In this document: in pieces, positions 1 to 13,071 of the stretch
Position numbering within the stretch: the stretch's first letter is position 1
Layout: every line of letters starts with the position of its first letter
Source of the DNA: Octopus vulgaris
Taxonomy: Eukaryota
Direction of reading: 5' to 3'
Length of the DNA: 64,000 nt
NCBI GenBank assembly: GCA_951406725.2
Contig: OX597827.1
Location: 42,594,001 to 42,658,000, forward strand
Translations under genes and position numbers: made by a program
Notes under the pieces: generated by a model
What the model saw: the letters and a program-made list of their open reading frames with translations, nothing else
The model's database searches: none
What the model was told of the DNA's origin: nothing

Positions 1-30
1 ACAAACATGCATACGTACATATGTACATAC

Positions 31-103
<73 letters not shown>

Positions 104-189
104 GCCTGTATCAAAAAGGAGGCTAATACAGGTTGCTTTGAAGAGGATGGGGAGGAATAGGTATGAAAGAAATCACCAAAAGGGAGCAT

Positions 190-722
190 AATAATCTTCT
201 CTACACTAGTCACAAGGTCCGAAATTTTTGAAGAGGTGGCCAGTCGATTAGATCGACCCCAGTACGTAACTGCTACTTAACTTATCGACACCGAAAGGCA
301 AGGGCGACCTCCGCTGAATTTGAACTCGGAACGAAATACCTATTTCTTTACTACCCACAAGGGGCTAAACACAGAGAAAACAGACAAAGGAATTAAGTCG
401 ATTATATCGACCCCAGTGCGTAACTGGTACTTATTTAATCGACCCCGAAAGGATGAAAGGCAAAGTTGATCTCGGCGGAATTTGAACTCAGAACGTAACA
501 ACAGTCGAAATACCTATTTCTTTACTACCCACAAGAGGCTAAACATAAAGAGGACAAACAAGGACAGACAAAGGGATTAAGTCGATTATATTGACTCCAG
601 TGCGTAACTGGTACTTGATTTATCGACCCCGAAAGGATGAAAGGCGAAGTCGACCTTGGCGGAATTTGAACTCAGAATGTAGCGGCAGACGAAGTACCGC
701 AAAGCATTTCGCCCGGCATGCT
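190..722 (-). mobile_element. tRNA-derived SINE group A, tandem trimer
   Basis: Three units with B-box GAGTTCAAATTCC and the central GGTCGACTTTGCCTTTCATCCTTTCGGGGTCGATAAAT block (resembles the Meta-SINE domain, from memory). Units are joined at GAAATACCTATTTC (333-346, 507-520). The outermost unit has the alternative tail. Confidence 0.85.
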
Positions 723-724
723 TA

Positions 725-772
725 TAGACAGACAGACAGGCAGACAGACAGACAGACAGATAGATAGATAGT

Positions 773-853
<81 letters not shown>
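725..853. repeat. (GACA)n-(GATA)n microsatellite
   Basis: Directly visible. Confidence 0.95.
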
Positions 854-934
854 GAACGGCGAGAGTGGGAGAGGTGGTTTCATTAATTTCGACGTAGGAA
901 AAAAAAAAAAACATCGTAGTTAATATTTGGACAG

Positions 935-1352
935 TTTCATATTTATTTTTACTGCCCACAAGGGGCTAAACATAGAGGTGACAAACAAGGACTGACAAAG
1001 GAATTAAGTCGATTACATCGACCCCAGTGCGTATCTGGTACTTAAATTATCGACCCCGAAAGGATGAAAGGCAAAGTCAACCTCGGTGGAATTTGAAGTC
1101 AGAATCTAACGGCAGACGAAATACCTATTTCTTTACTACCCACAAGGGGCTAAACACAGAGAGAACAAACAAGGACAAACGGATTAAGGCGATTATATCG
1201 ACCCCAGTGCGTAACAGGTACTTATTTAATCGACCCCGAAAGGATGAAAGGCAAAGTCGACCTCGGCGAAATTTGAACTCAGAATGTAACGGCAGACGAA
1301 GTACCGCTAAGCATTTCGTGAGGGCGTGCTAACATTTCAGCCAAGCTCGCCG
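935..1352 (-). mobile_element. SINE group A, tandem dimer
   Basis: Two body/tail units with junction at 1118-1131 and one head ending in GCTCGCC near 1352. Confidence 0.85.
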
Positions 1353-2168
1353 AGAGAATGACAGTTGAGGTGGTAAGGACCAATACAAATACGTGGTACA
1401 AAATTATAAGCTACACTAATATATATTTGCACTGGAATTTATATGTATTCTACCCTACCCTCTGCTATATTAACGAACCGAATGAAAGTACATCTACAGT
1501 AAAAATAAAATATATCTTGACTGAATTTTTTAACCCATTTTTCTTTCAGTAAACGATTTAAAACTATAGTCGCTTGTTTATATTCATCGAACTGTAAATG
1601 TTATTCCAAGAATTAACTTAGTTTTTTTTTTTCCACCCCCTGCTGTTTCTCTGTAACTAACCCTTCACGTACGCTGAGCTGGCTTTAGTTTATTATTCGT
1701 TGGTAATTAAAACGAAATTATAGGATTAACTATAAAGGTCCCTTTATAAAAAGCTTACAAAAATGTTATCAGCCATATTTTTTAACGGTTTATATGATGA
1801 AGAAGAAAAAAAAATTGTCTTATGTAAATATATAAGTATATAAATATATAAAGTAAACCTCACTTATAGCTATGTTAGAAAAATAAGTTTTGAAAATATA
1901 TGAAAAATCAATATTTTCCTCACACACACACACACACACACACATGCGCGCGCGCGCTCGCACGTACGCATGAAATTAATTAGACAGTACTTTATTAACA
2001 CGGTTATTTTATGACTCTTAAAAACTAGTGTTTCAATTTTTCTGATCAATTATTGGCTATTAAAATAACTAATATACCTTTATTGCATTCCCAACACCCA
2101 CCTATCACAATCAACCACACACACACATACATACACACACACAAACATACATGCAGAGCCATACGTAC

Positions 2169-2225
<57 letters not shown>

Positions 2226-2276
2226 GAAACATATACGCACGCATATTCAGCGAACGTATGTAAGAGATTGTCACTT

Positions 2277-2511
2277 CCGCTATTTTCTGGCATACAAGTC
2301 GAGTTTTAAGCCCAAAATTTACAGCGCCCTTGTCTATCAATCTTCAACCCCCAGAATTAGGTTGGTCGACTTATACACCAAGAGAACTTTGGAGGATAAA
2401 ATATTCCGTGTAAAATGTAGCTGTACTTGGAAAGATAGTGAGGATGTTTAAATGCTCACACTACATGTCTACACTATGGACAACGTCGACTTGTACGCCG
2501 GTAAAATACAG
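2277..2511. mobile_element. pogo/Tc2-like MITE
   Basis: Imperfect TIRs CCGCTATTTTCTGGCATACAAGTCGA / TCGACTTGTACGCCGGTAAAATACAG, plus an internal repeat of the TCGACTTATAC motif. Confidence 0.65.
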
Positions 2512-2759
2512 CAAGCCTCTTTTTCATTTGTCCCCTCCAAAACTCTCGACTTTCAGCCGAATAAATAAAATCATGCCTTCATTTCAATCCTGTTTGATGT
2601 GCTGTTTCTGTACAGTCTTGTTTCTAATAAAAAGCAGTCATAACTTAGACTAGCACCGAAATGGATAGACTAATTTGCGTATTTGTAGGGTTTAAAGTTT
2701 TATTACTTAAGGTGTTTGTGAACTTGTCCGCATGCGTATGTGCGTGACTTAGAGTACGT

Positions 2760-2850
<91 letters not shown>

Positions 2851-3036
2851 TTTACAAATGAAAGGTTGATAGTGATATAGAGCATTCACCGGTTGAAGCT
2901 GTGTCACAGCGTCTGACAGTCACAACCGGTGAAACTTCGACGTCACTGTCTAACTTATCCCCTGTAAAAATAAATGTGATACTCAGACTTCAATTTATGT
3001 TCATTTTTCACATAAAGGTGTAACTGAAAAGAAGAA

Positions 3037-3067
<31 letters not shown>

Positions 3068-3096
3068 TGTGTGTATGTGTGTGTATGTATACGTAT

Positions 3097-3129
<33 letters not shown>

Positions 3130-3130
3130 C

Positions 3131-3560
3131 ACTTTTACTCTTTTACTTGTTTCAGAAATTTGACTGCGGCCGTGCTGGAGCACCGCCTGTAGTCGACCAA
3201 ATCGACCCCAGGACTTATTCTTTGTAAGCCTAGTACTTATTCTATCGGTTTCTTTTGCCGAACCGCTAGATTAAGGGAATGTAAACACACCAGCATCGGT
3301 TGTCAAGCAATGTTGGGTGGACAAACACAGACACACAAACATATACGCACACATACATACATACATACATACATACATACATACATACATACATACGACG
3401 GGCTTCTTTCAGTTTCCGTCTAATAAATCCACTCACAAGGCTTTGGTCGGCCCGAGTTTATAGTAGAAGACACTTGGCCAAGGTGCGACGCAGTGGGACT
3501 GAACCCGGAACCATGTGGTTCGTAAGCAAGCTACTTACCACACAGCCACTCCTACACCTA
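3131..3560 (-). mobile_element. tRNA-derived SINE group B (CORE-like), full length
   Basis: Head TGGCTGTGTGGTAAG...GGGTTCAGTCCC, CORE-like CACCTTGGCCAAGTG, internal (TATG)n, (GTAAAAGA)n tail. Near-identical copies occur elsewhere in the window. Confidence 0.9.
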
Positions 3561-3592
3561 TGTATATGTATATATGTATGTATGTATATACG

Positions 3593-3636
<44 letters not shown>

Positions 3637-3948
3637 GATATACATACATATATATACACATACACACATATACATAATATAAATGACACACGTATATAAG
3701 AATAAAAGAATAAACGAGTGAATTGAATATATATTACTTTTATTGTCAATTCCTATTTTATTATGGTTTATTTATTCTGTTTGTGTTTTGTTTATTTAAA
3801 TATTTTTTGATGAGTTCAGGTGAGTGTCTCTATATAAGTAATATATTCCACAGTTTAATGTCAGTTTTATATACGAAGCTGGTGTTTGTTCAGTTGCTGC
3901 GAAACTATTGTAATGGCGACAAATAGACAGCAGTGATGCGTGACTCTA

Positions 3949-4000
<52 letters not shown>

Positions 4001-4211
4001 CTCATAACAGAAACGGCTTACTGTTTGTGTGTGTGTGTGTGTGTTTGTATGTATGTTTTTGTGTGTCTGTGTGTCTATTTGTGTTTGCATGCGTGTGAAC
4101 GTTCATGTGTGTATGCACATACGTATATGTATGTAGATATTTATGGACGAATATATTTAACATATTGAACAGTTACTCACACCACTGTACTTCCACACTT
4201 GCACTACTGTT

Positions 4212-4316
<105 letters not shown>

Positions 4317-4608
4317 GCATACCACACCACACCACATCCCTTTATGTCCGTCTCACAACACGGTTATACTTACATACGTGCACAAACATCGGTCTCTCAT
4401 CCCTTTATGACTCCTATAGAACCGTATCCGCATCTGGCCCTTAACCCCTCGCTCTTCTTTCTTCAAACACTTTTCCTGCTGCATACTGTTTTGATGAAGG
4501 ATTAACCTCCGAAACATCAATACACTCATTTTTATGCGTTAAACTATTACGATATTTGTTAAAACTCGTCCTTTCTACGTTGTCTTTCCTCATTGTATTT
4601 ACAATATC

Positions 4609-4677
<69 letters not shown>

Positions 4678-4684
<7 letters not shown>

Positions 4685-4940
4685 TCAGCAAAATTTAGTT
4701 TCAAATGAATATGGTACTTAAGTTAGATGCACCAGAATTTTGTATGGTGTTATCCATATATATCTACCTTCTCTATAATGTTATCAATTGATATGAAAAT
4801 TATGTATTAATGGAAAACCTCTATTAATGGCTGATGATTGCCCAACATTTTAAAACTGTTGTAATACTTGCAACATTTAATAAAATGATGTAGCGTGAAA
4901 CGATCGCACCAAATTACCGAAGTTATTCTTATTGCTTATA
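4678..4940 (+). mobile_element. Penelope-like LTR relic between (TA)n tracts with hammerhead-like motif
   Basis: TAATGG-CTGATGA-(~59 nt)-GAAAC-GATC-GCA-CCAAATTA at 4825-4916. Homologous to 59068-59287 on the minus strand. Confidence 0.5.
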
Positions 4941-4962
4941 TATATATATATATAGTAATGTT

Positions 4963-5220
4963 TATATGCCAACAGAATGTGGCCGTCCTATAAAAGACGA
5001 TGTTACTGTTGTTTTAAAAAGCATCTTTTCCAGCTGGCTATCGACACACAGTTTGTGTCCGTATAGCGTTTGCAAGGGAGGTCATCGCTCCAATCTCTAG
5101 CCTTAAGTGATGCTTACCGAACAAGGTTTCTGGATGTTGTCCATCCTCAGTGTAAGACAACCACAAGCTAACAACAGTAACGTCGTCCTCTATAGGACTG
5201 CCACATTCTGCTGGCATATA
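4963..5220. mobile_element. Foldback element with ~50-bp terminal inverted repeats
   Basis: 4963-5012 is an imperfect reverse complement of 5170-5220. Related to 17793-18337. Confidence 0.7.
5113..5156 (-). ncRNA. Minimal type I hammerhead ribozyme-like motif
   Basis: Minus strand reads CTTACA-CTGAGGA-TGGA-caaca-TCCA-GAAAC-cttg-TTC-GGTAAG: intact CUGANGA and GAAA cores, 4-bp stem II, stem I CTTAC/GTAAG, vestigial stem III. Confidence 0.55.
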
Positions 5221-5263
5221 GACATTGCTATTCGATACAGTTACAGTATATATATCGCTCAGA

Positions 5264-5300
<37 letters not shown>

Positions 5301-5769
5301 GTGCGTGTTAAATCAACAGTGGCTTCTGTGATGTCTCAAAGCAGCATTTTAAGCTGAATCTTCAAACTTCAAACTACACATGCATACAATACGGAAACAC
5401 AAACACACACACATGCGCGCACACACACACTCACAGAGATGCCCCCCGGGTTATATGACACACGGTTTGCTCGTTTTCTTTGGCTTTCATCGAAATCTTT
5501 TCTTTATATTCTGTTCGTTTTTTTCTTTTCCGCCACTTTTTCGTTCCATATTAATTTCTCCTAGTTTCTGTCATTTTACTTTCGTCTCCCCTTTTCGATG
5601 ATAAGGTAGATCCTACCCTAAACTTTCGCGAGCAAACAGCGTCCGCATGCGGCCCGCGGAACTGTCTGAATGACATGCCTGAAGAAATCTAGGACGACCC
5701 ACCCGATTTTGAGCTGTTTCATACAGTCCTCTTGGCATAGGTAGATAGATACATAGATAAGATAGATAC

Positions 5770-6162
<393 letters not shown>

Positions 6163-6464
6163 GCTGATAGACAGACTGACATACAGACATATAGATAAAT
6201 AAATAGATAGGTAGATGAATAGATAGAAAAGTAGATAGATAGATGCATGTATGTATCTTACATTATAAGACAGAAAATATTTATCTCAATTTAGGACTAT
6301 GTATATATTTGAATATAGACACAGTGCATATAACATACATTGTCTGTATGTAAAGAAGAACGTATCTATATTTTAATGGATTGTTAACGATCTGCTGTTT
6401 GCCATCTGCTGATTATTTCGTCCTTGGCTCACACGAACAGTTGACTATGTGAAAACATAATTAA

Positions 6465-6632
6465 TCATGAAATTAATTTCATATATGCGGCAACATATTG
6501 CGTGCCGTCACGTCTGCATAGTTGAAAAGTTCGCTTCGAAACTTTTAAAGTACAGCCAACTGCCATCCGCGAGTGAGTATCGCTTGATAACACTGACACC
6601 TTCCGAGTTCTTTTGCAGGGCTTTGGAAAAAA
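6465..6632 (-). CDS. Candidate terminal exon of an unidentified transcript
   Basis: Acceptor GTTGTCTTTCAG in unique sequence; the phase-0 frame is open for 55 codons to TGA. No recognisable domain. Confidence 0.15.
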   Translation of the reverse strand, partial: FFPKPCKRTRKVSVLSSDTHSRMAVGCTLKVSKRTFQLCRRDGTQYVAAYMKLIS

Positions 6633-6831
6633 CTGAAAGACAACGCTGCAATATGTGTGTGTGAATCTGAGACGCGAATACGTTAAATAAAATCATGATT
6701 TCAATGAGTGTATTAGACATCATTGATTGCACATACACAATGTCTACACTCTACATGTTCGCCGATAGGCTGCAGTCAGTGCGGTGGGGATACTTCCGTC
6801 AAAGTGCCGGCGTACTATAAGAGTAGTCGAT

Positions 6832-6916
<85 letters not shown>

Positions 6917-6920
<4 letters not shown>

Positions 6921-7107
6921 GGAAAGTTTACGAAAGTAAACAAAAGACGAAGGCAGGTGGAGTACAAACAAACAAATGTATTAGTATAGCGCTCAGGAAT
7001 AGAAAAAGTCTTTTACGTTTCTAGCCTACGCTCTCCGACAGAAAGATGCACAGAAAAAAACAAGGAGAGGAAAAAATGCGTGTAGGAGCTAACGATCTAT
7101 CATGGCG
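6917..7107 (-). mobile_element. Penelope-like LTR relic with hammerhead-like motif
   Basis: Minus strand 7010-7045 CTTT-CTGTCGG-A-GAGC-gtag-GCTA-GAAAC-GTA-AAAG. Flanked by (TA)n; paralogous to 8735-8900. Confidence 0.55.
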
Positions 7108-7113
7108 TCTATC

Positions 7114-7156
<43 letters not shown>

Positions 7157-7328
7157 CATAATATAATATAATATAATATAATATAATATAATAAATGCGT
7201 AAACTAATTTCTGTGTGTCAGTGTGTCCCAATTTTGCCGCCCTCTCTCACTATTCAATGACACTTCTATTATTGCTCATGCGGGAGTGAGAGTAATAGAA
7301 GGCATAGAGACGGTGAGGGCTGTGGCGA

Positions 7329-7359
<31 letters not shown>

Positions 7360-7939
7360 CAAAGAGAGACAAAGAGAGACAAAGAAACTTAGGGAGAGTT
7401 GATGTTGTTTTATTAGCAATTGTAGTGTTGGTAGCGGTAGTGGGATTAATGATAAGAAATAGAAAGAAAGAATGGGTACGTGAGAGAAAGAGGGATTGAA
7501 CACTGAACTAACATACTGAACGAACACACACATTTAATCTTTTGGGATAGAAATGGGTGATAGTAATAGTATGAGGTGTACTTGTGATGGAGGCGGAGAC
7601 GGAGGTGGTAGTGATGATGGTGGCGGTAGCCGAGGTGTTCAGGGATGGCGGTGAGAGTAAACAATGTGATTGTGGTGGAGAGAAAGGCGGAGAATTCAAA
7701 GGTATTGATGGTGGTGGTATCAGAAGTCTGAATCGTGACAGATGTGGTGGCGATGGTGGTGGTACTGCAATAGGTCGCAAGCCGCCAAATTATATCATTG
7801 TTTTGATGAAAATTGTTGATTGCTTGAAAAATATTGGTCAAGTTTAATAAAATTTAATATGTACTCAATGCAAATGCATGAAATATCATTGTTGGGTCCA
7901 AGGCCTAATGAAAAGTCCTATCGGGCGGCTTTTCAGCTA

Positions 7940-7941
<2 letters not shown>
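7108..7941 (+). mobile_element. Possible non-autonomous Helitron-like relic
   Basis: Starts TCTATC..(TA)n..CTGTGTGTCAGTGTGTCCC and ends in a GC-rich stretch plus CTAGT before (TA)n. The hairpin is weak. Confidence 0.3.
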
Positions 7942-7986
<45 letters not shown>

Positions 7987-8073
7987 GAGAGAGGAAAGTG
8001 ATAGATAGCTAGATAGACATAAATATGTAAATACAAATATATATAATGCATATATATACATATATATACTTAC

Positions 8074-8122
<49 letters not shown>

Positions 8123-8734
8123 TACATACATACATACATATATATGTATATATGTATATATACATATATACATACATCTACATATTCACACATATGTATG
8201 TAGGCATATATATATATATATATACACAAACACACACACACACACACATATACATACTGTCATAGACACACGCACATGGACATCGTAAACATGTATTCAC
8301 GCACACACGCACGCACGTAACACTAGTATCGTTATCTTTGACATAGAACTTGTAAATAACTAACTGCATGCCTTCCAAAATATCTTTAAAGGAGGTCTGA
8401 GAGCTCAGCATTTATGTGGTTGTTGGCTCCTCTATGCTCTGGTTAAGATAACGTGTTCTTTCACATATCTATATAAGAATATAAGCATATACATACTCAC
8501 TCCAATATATATACATGCATACGCACGCACACACACACACACATATGTAGGTCTATAAGTATGTATATGTATAGTGTCTGCTAATACATTACATGTACTA
8601 CGTCCTTGCATTGTTTTTTTGTGTGTTTACTCTCTTATACACATGCGCGCGCACCTTCGTTTTGGGATCACCACTACTTTATTATTCTCTCCCCTTGTCA
8701 TTAGCTCTCCTGTATGACCCTTCTGTCCGGCATT

Positions 8735-8900
8735 CACGATGATAGATCGCTAGCCACTACACATTCTTTATTTTCTCTCCTTGTTTCTTTCTGTGTTCCT
8801 TTCTGTGGAAGAGCGCAGGCTTGAAACGTTAAAGACTTTCTCATTTCGTGAGCGTTATACTAATACATCATCGTCTTTCCTTTTTGTGAATTCTCCCTGT
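8735..8900 (+). mobile_element. Penelope-like LTR relic with hammerhead-like motif
   Basis: 8799-8834 CTTT-CTGTGGA-A-GAGC-gcag-GCTT-GAAAC-GTT-AAAG; paralog of 6917-7107. Confidence 0.55.
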
Positions 8901-9192
8901 GTGTATGAAATTGTGAAGCATGACTGTCACCACTACTACATGAACCCGAAGATTGCAGAATTCAATGCATGAAAGTACTAGTTCAATCAGAATGAACATT
9001 TAACATTCTACTATTTCATTTTATTTTATTCAATTATAATATATTATCTTATAATATATCATTATAAGATTGTAAATAAAACGTGAAAATCAGACAAGGT
9101 TGGAATTCCTTTTATTAATATATTCTTCTATACACAATCACACACACCCATATATATCTATCTATATATATCTATATGTGTGTGTATGTATG

Positions 9193-9263
<71 letters not shown>

Positions 9264-9515
9264 GAAGTCATTCTAAGCAATTAAGAGTGTATGTACGTAT
9301 GCATATACATGTCTACACGCGCATGTATGTGTGTGTGTGTGTGTGTATGAATATATGTAGATATGTATCCACTTAATCGCATAGCTTCGGTGTCATTGTT
9401 ACGCAATAAATCAGAGGAGGCAGTTAAATGAATATGTATGCAAGGTTTACCAGAATTAAGGTAACGTGGTTTACATGTAAAATAAAACGTTTGTGTTTTA
9501 CAATAGATCTGTCAT

Positions 9516-9945
<430 letters not shown>

Positions 9946-10869
9946 TATATATATATGATATATATATATATTATATATAACTTGGACATGGCGATCGTTG
10001 TATTCTTTCTTGTCATCAGGTTCACAGCCAAACGGCTGGGTGGATTCGAGTGAAAAATGACATACATGTGGAGACGGGTGCATAGATTGGAATGTGGTTT
10101 GTATTTTTTTCCTAGCCCCCATAGTTACCGAGAAAATCGATTAAAACTTTTTGTAATAGAATTCCCCTGTTTGTTCCGCCATTAAAATAACCAGTTACTC
10201 ACACAGCTGGCATATACCGTTTCGCTAGCAACAAAGAGAGTAGGATGACAGTCAGCCAAAATTTTCGCTAAGCTGTCTCTCTTCTTTCACCTCATTATGG
10301 GGTTAATAATTTTAATCTTTAGTTACAGTTTCTCATTCAAACTATATAATAGGCAGAATTGTCGGATTAAGACAGTAGGGTGTTTTGAGGGAGATTTGGA
10401 TGCTATTTCTACCAGATCTAGCTTCCATGTAGAGGTCTGAACTTAATTTTCATTCACATATTTGCATTTCAAAAATTTAACATAATCTTTTCCTTAAATC
10501 AACTATCGTAAAAATTTTATACGATGACCCCCACGTTTTCTATGTGTGTGTGTGTACCTTAAAAGATGTTAATCATCACGACACACACCTTCACTCACTC
10601 ACTCTATCTCTCTTTCTCACCCTCTTTCTCTCTCACATACACACGCGTAAGCAAGCACACACACACATGCAAACACACATACACACTTACACACACACAC
10701 GTACAAATTCTTTCTTCGCAACTGAAGCTGTTTTCTGACGAGGTGGGTGGTCAAGAAATGTTCATACAGCTGGAGGCTCCAATCGAAACAGGGGACCCGA
10801 AATGATAAGGTTGAGAAGCGCTGTTATAGATTATGCCTAATTGAAAACGATCACAGCCACATCATTCAA

Positions 10870-10902
10870 ACAGACCGGGTGAAACCGGGCTTAGCTACTA
10901 GT
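10870..10902 (+). mobile_element. Helitron-like 3' end
   Basis: CCGG-gtgaaa-CCGG hairpin ~9 nt upstream of CTAGT. Confidence 0.45.
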
Positions 10903-11713
10903 ATATATATATATATATATATTACGTTGAAAGTCAACAAACAAAGTTTGCTTTAGAAACGTTGAGATGTATTGAGAGAAACAGATACGGAAATAATTTT
11001 ATTCCCAAACGCAGGATGATGCTAATAATATAGCATGAACAGGATAAACTATTCATATTTTGCAGAAAGATCTGAAACAAGTAAAAGAATAAGAAACAAA
11101 ATAAATAAGGAATGGTGCTGCCCTGGAAGTTAGCAGTTAGATCCATTCTCGGTCCTGCGCGAGGTACTGTTTCCAAACATGCCATCAGTTTAACCATATC
11201 ATGTCTAGTTTTAGATATATAGGATTAGGGTTAGAGAAAGGGATCATGCGCCCTTTGACTCATCAAAGCCGGATCTCAAACCGGTTTCCATTGTGAATAT
11301 GTGACTGAGACAACAATCACACCAAACACACACACACACGCGCACGCACACACACGCGCACACACACACATACACATACACACATACACACACACACATG
11401 TGTATACACTCACACACACACACACTGAACGAGGAGAACGTTTCTTCGTAAGGTTGACTTCCCAGATATTGTTGGAACACATTTACAGCTGAGCAGACTG
11501 GAACGTGGGGAAGTGTTATGCACAAGAACACGACACACAGCCAAGTCCAGGAATCGAAACCTTGATCTAGCAATCGTGAGTGCAATAACATAACCACTAG
11601 TCCACGCTCCTGTTTTTTTTTATGCTGGTGCATCTACTCGTCTGCCGAAATTAGGGAACAATGATGCAGCTTAAATTTTGGTACCTTACAAGTTGCATTA
11701 TACTATATTATAA

Positions 11714-11922
11714 AGGCGGCGAGCTGGCGTTAGCACGCCGGGTAAATTCTTAGCGGTATTTCGTCTGCCGCTACGTTCTGAGTTCAAATTCCGCCGAGGT
11801 CGGCTTTGATTTCATCTTTTCGGGATCGATAAATTAAATACCAATTGCGTACTTAGGTCAATCTAATCGACTGGCCTCCTCCCCCAAAAATTTCGGGCCT
11901 TGTGCCAAGAGTAGAAAAGATT
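11714..11922 (+). mobile_element. SINE group A with alternative tail
   Basis: Head and central domain followed by CCCCCAAAAATTTCGGGCCTTGTGCC...AGAAAAGATTA. Confidence 0.85.
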
Positions 11923-12121
11923 ATACAATGTTATATTATGTGAATGCGCACGGCCTCGTGGTTAGGCTCCTACTTAGAGGGAATGTTGGCCTGCTCAGCT
12001 CACCGGCGGGATAGCATCGATCAAAAGCTAAAACGACGCAAAACGCATTGGGATCAGCGATATATAACATCCAATAGTCTGGCTATCATATGATATTATA
12101 TTATATCATATTATATAAATT

Positions 12122-12413
12122 GTGGAGGCACATGGCCTAGTGGTTAGAGCAGCGGACTCGGGATCGCGGGTTCGAATCTCAGACCGGGCGATGTGTGTGT
12201 TTATGAGCAAAAAATCTAAGCACCACGCGGCTCCGGCAGAAGGTAATAGTGAACTTCTGCTGACTCTTTCGCCACAATTTTCTCTCATTCTCTCCTCTTG
12301 CAACTCACCTGCGACGGACCGGCGTGCCGTCTAGGTGGAGAACCTATACGCCAAGGAAACCGGGAAACCGGTCCTTATGAACCAGGCATGGCTCGAGTAG
12401 GAACAAACAACAA
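12122..12413 (+). mobile_element. tRNA-derived SINE group C (V-domain-like)
   Basis: A-box TGGCCTAGTGG, B-box GGTTCGAATC, GCGACGGACCGGCGTGCCGTCTAGG block, (AAC)-type tail. Confidence 0.8.
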
Positions 12414-12921
12414 TATTATATAAATTATATTTTATTATCAAATCCTTGATTTACATTTTTCCATGTTCATTCCAAGGAATTTGGTAAGTAACTCGCTAAA
12501 GCAGACAACATCTGTGCTAGGTACTTTTAAGATTTTGCTCTGAAAGAAAATGATTTAGTAATATGCGCTCATTTTAATAGCATGCATTATACTATCAATA
12601 AAATTAATGATGATAATAACGATAATAATAATGTTATTTTTGCATCAGAATAACAAATTATTAATTAATGAAAGCTTATAGAGCGACGTGATGCTATTTT
12701 TGGAATCAGTTTTACCCAATCAACGCAAACACATTAACTAATGATCTGTTAGTTTGATATAAAATGATCAATCTTTATCTTGTTGGTATAATATATGCTT
12801 TTAAAATATGCTCCTAATATTTTACAAGCTGTTAATTCGTCATACATTTTGCAGATACAATGCTTAAGCACTCGTGTTTATAACTTGGGGACTCTTGGGT
12901 GTTTCAAGTCTTGTAACATAC

Positions 12922-13071
12922 CCCCTCATTCAGACGAGCCAACGTACGTTGACCAAACCCAGACTTGGGTCCGAGCGGTATTTTATTGCCCACATCGATC
13001 ATCTCTTTCTTAGCCAAAGCCATTTAGCAGAACAAGCACGTGCTTAGTGCGTCAAGGGAAGGAGTGAGGCA
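12922..13071 (-). other. Candidate 150-nt exon containing one in-frame TAA
   Basis: Acceptor CCATTTACCATTTTTGTAG, donor GGG|GTATGT. Phase 0 reads CLTPSLDALSTCLFC*MALAKKEMIDVGNKIPLGPKSGFGQRTLARLNEG. Confidence 0.3.

Noticed and set aside
6570-6620. Plus-strand GTGAGT...CTGAC...TTTTGCAG mini-intron
   Set aside because: Only 46 nt and the flanking frames are unconvincing.
12122-12200. tRNA genes at SINE heads
   Set aside because: A and B boxes are present but there is no acceptor-stem closure, and they run into SINE bodies.
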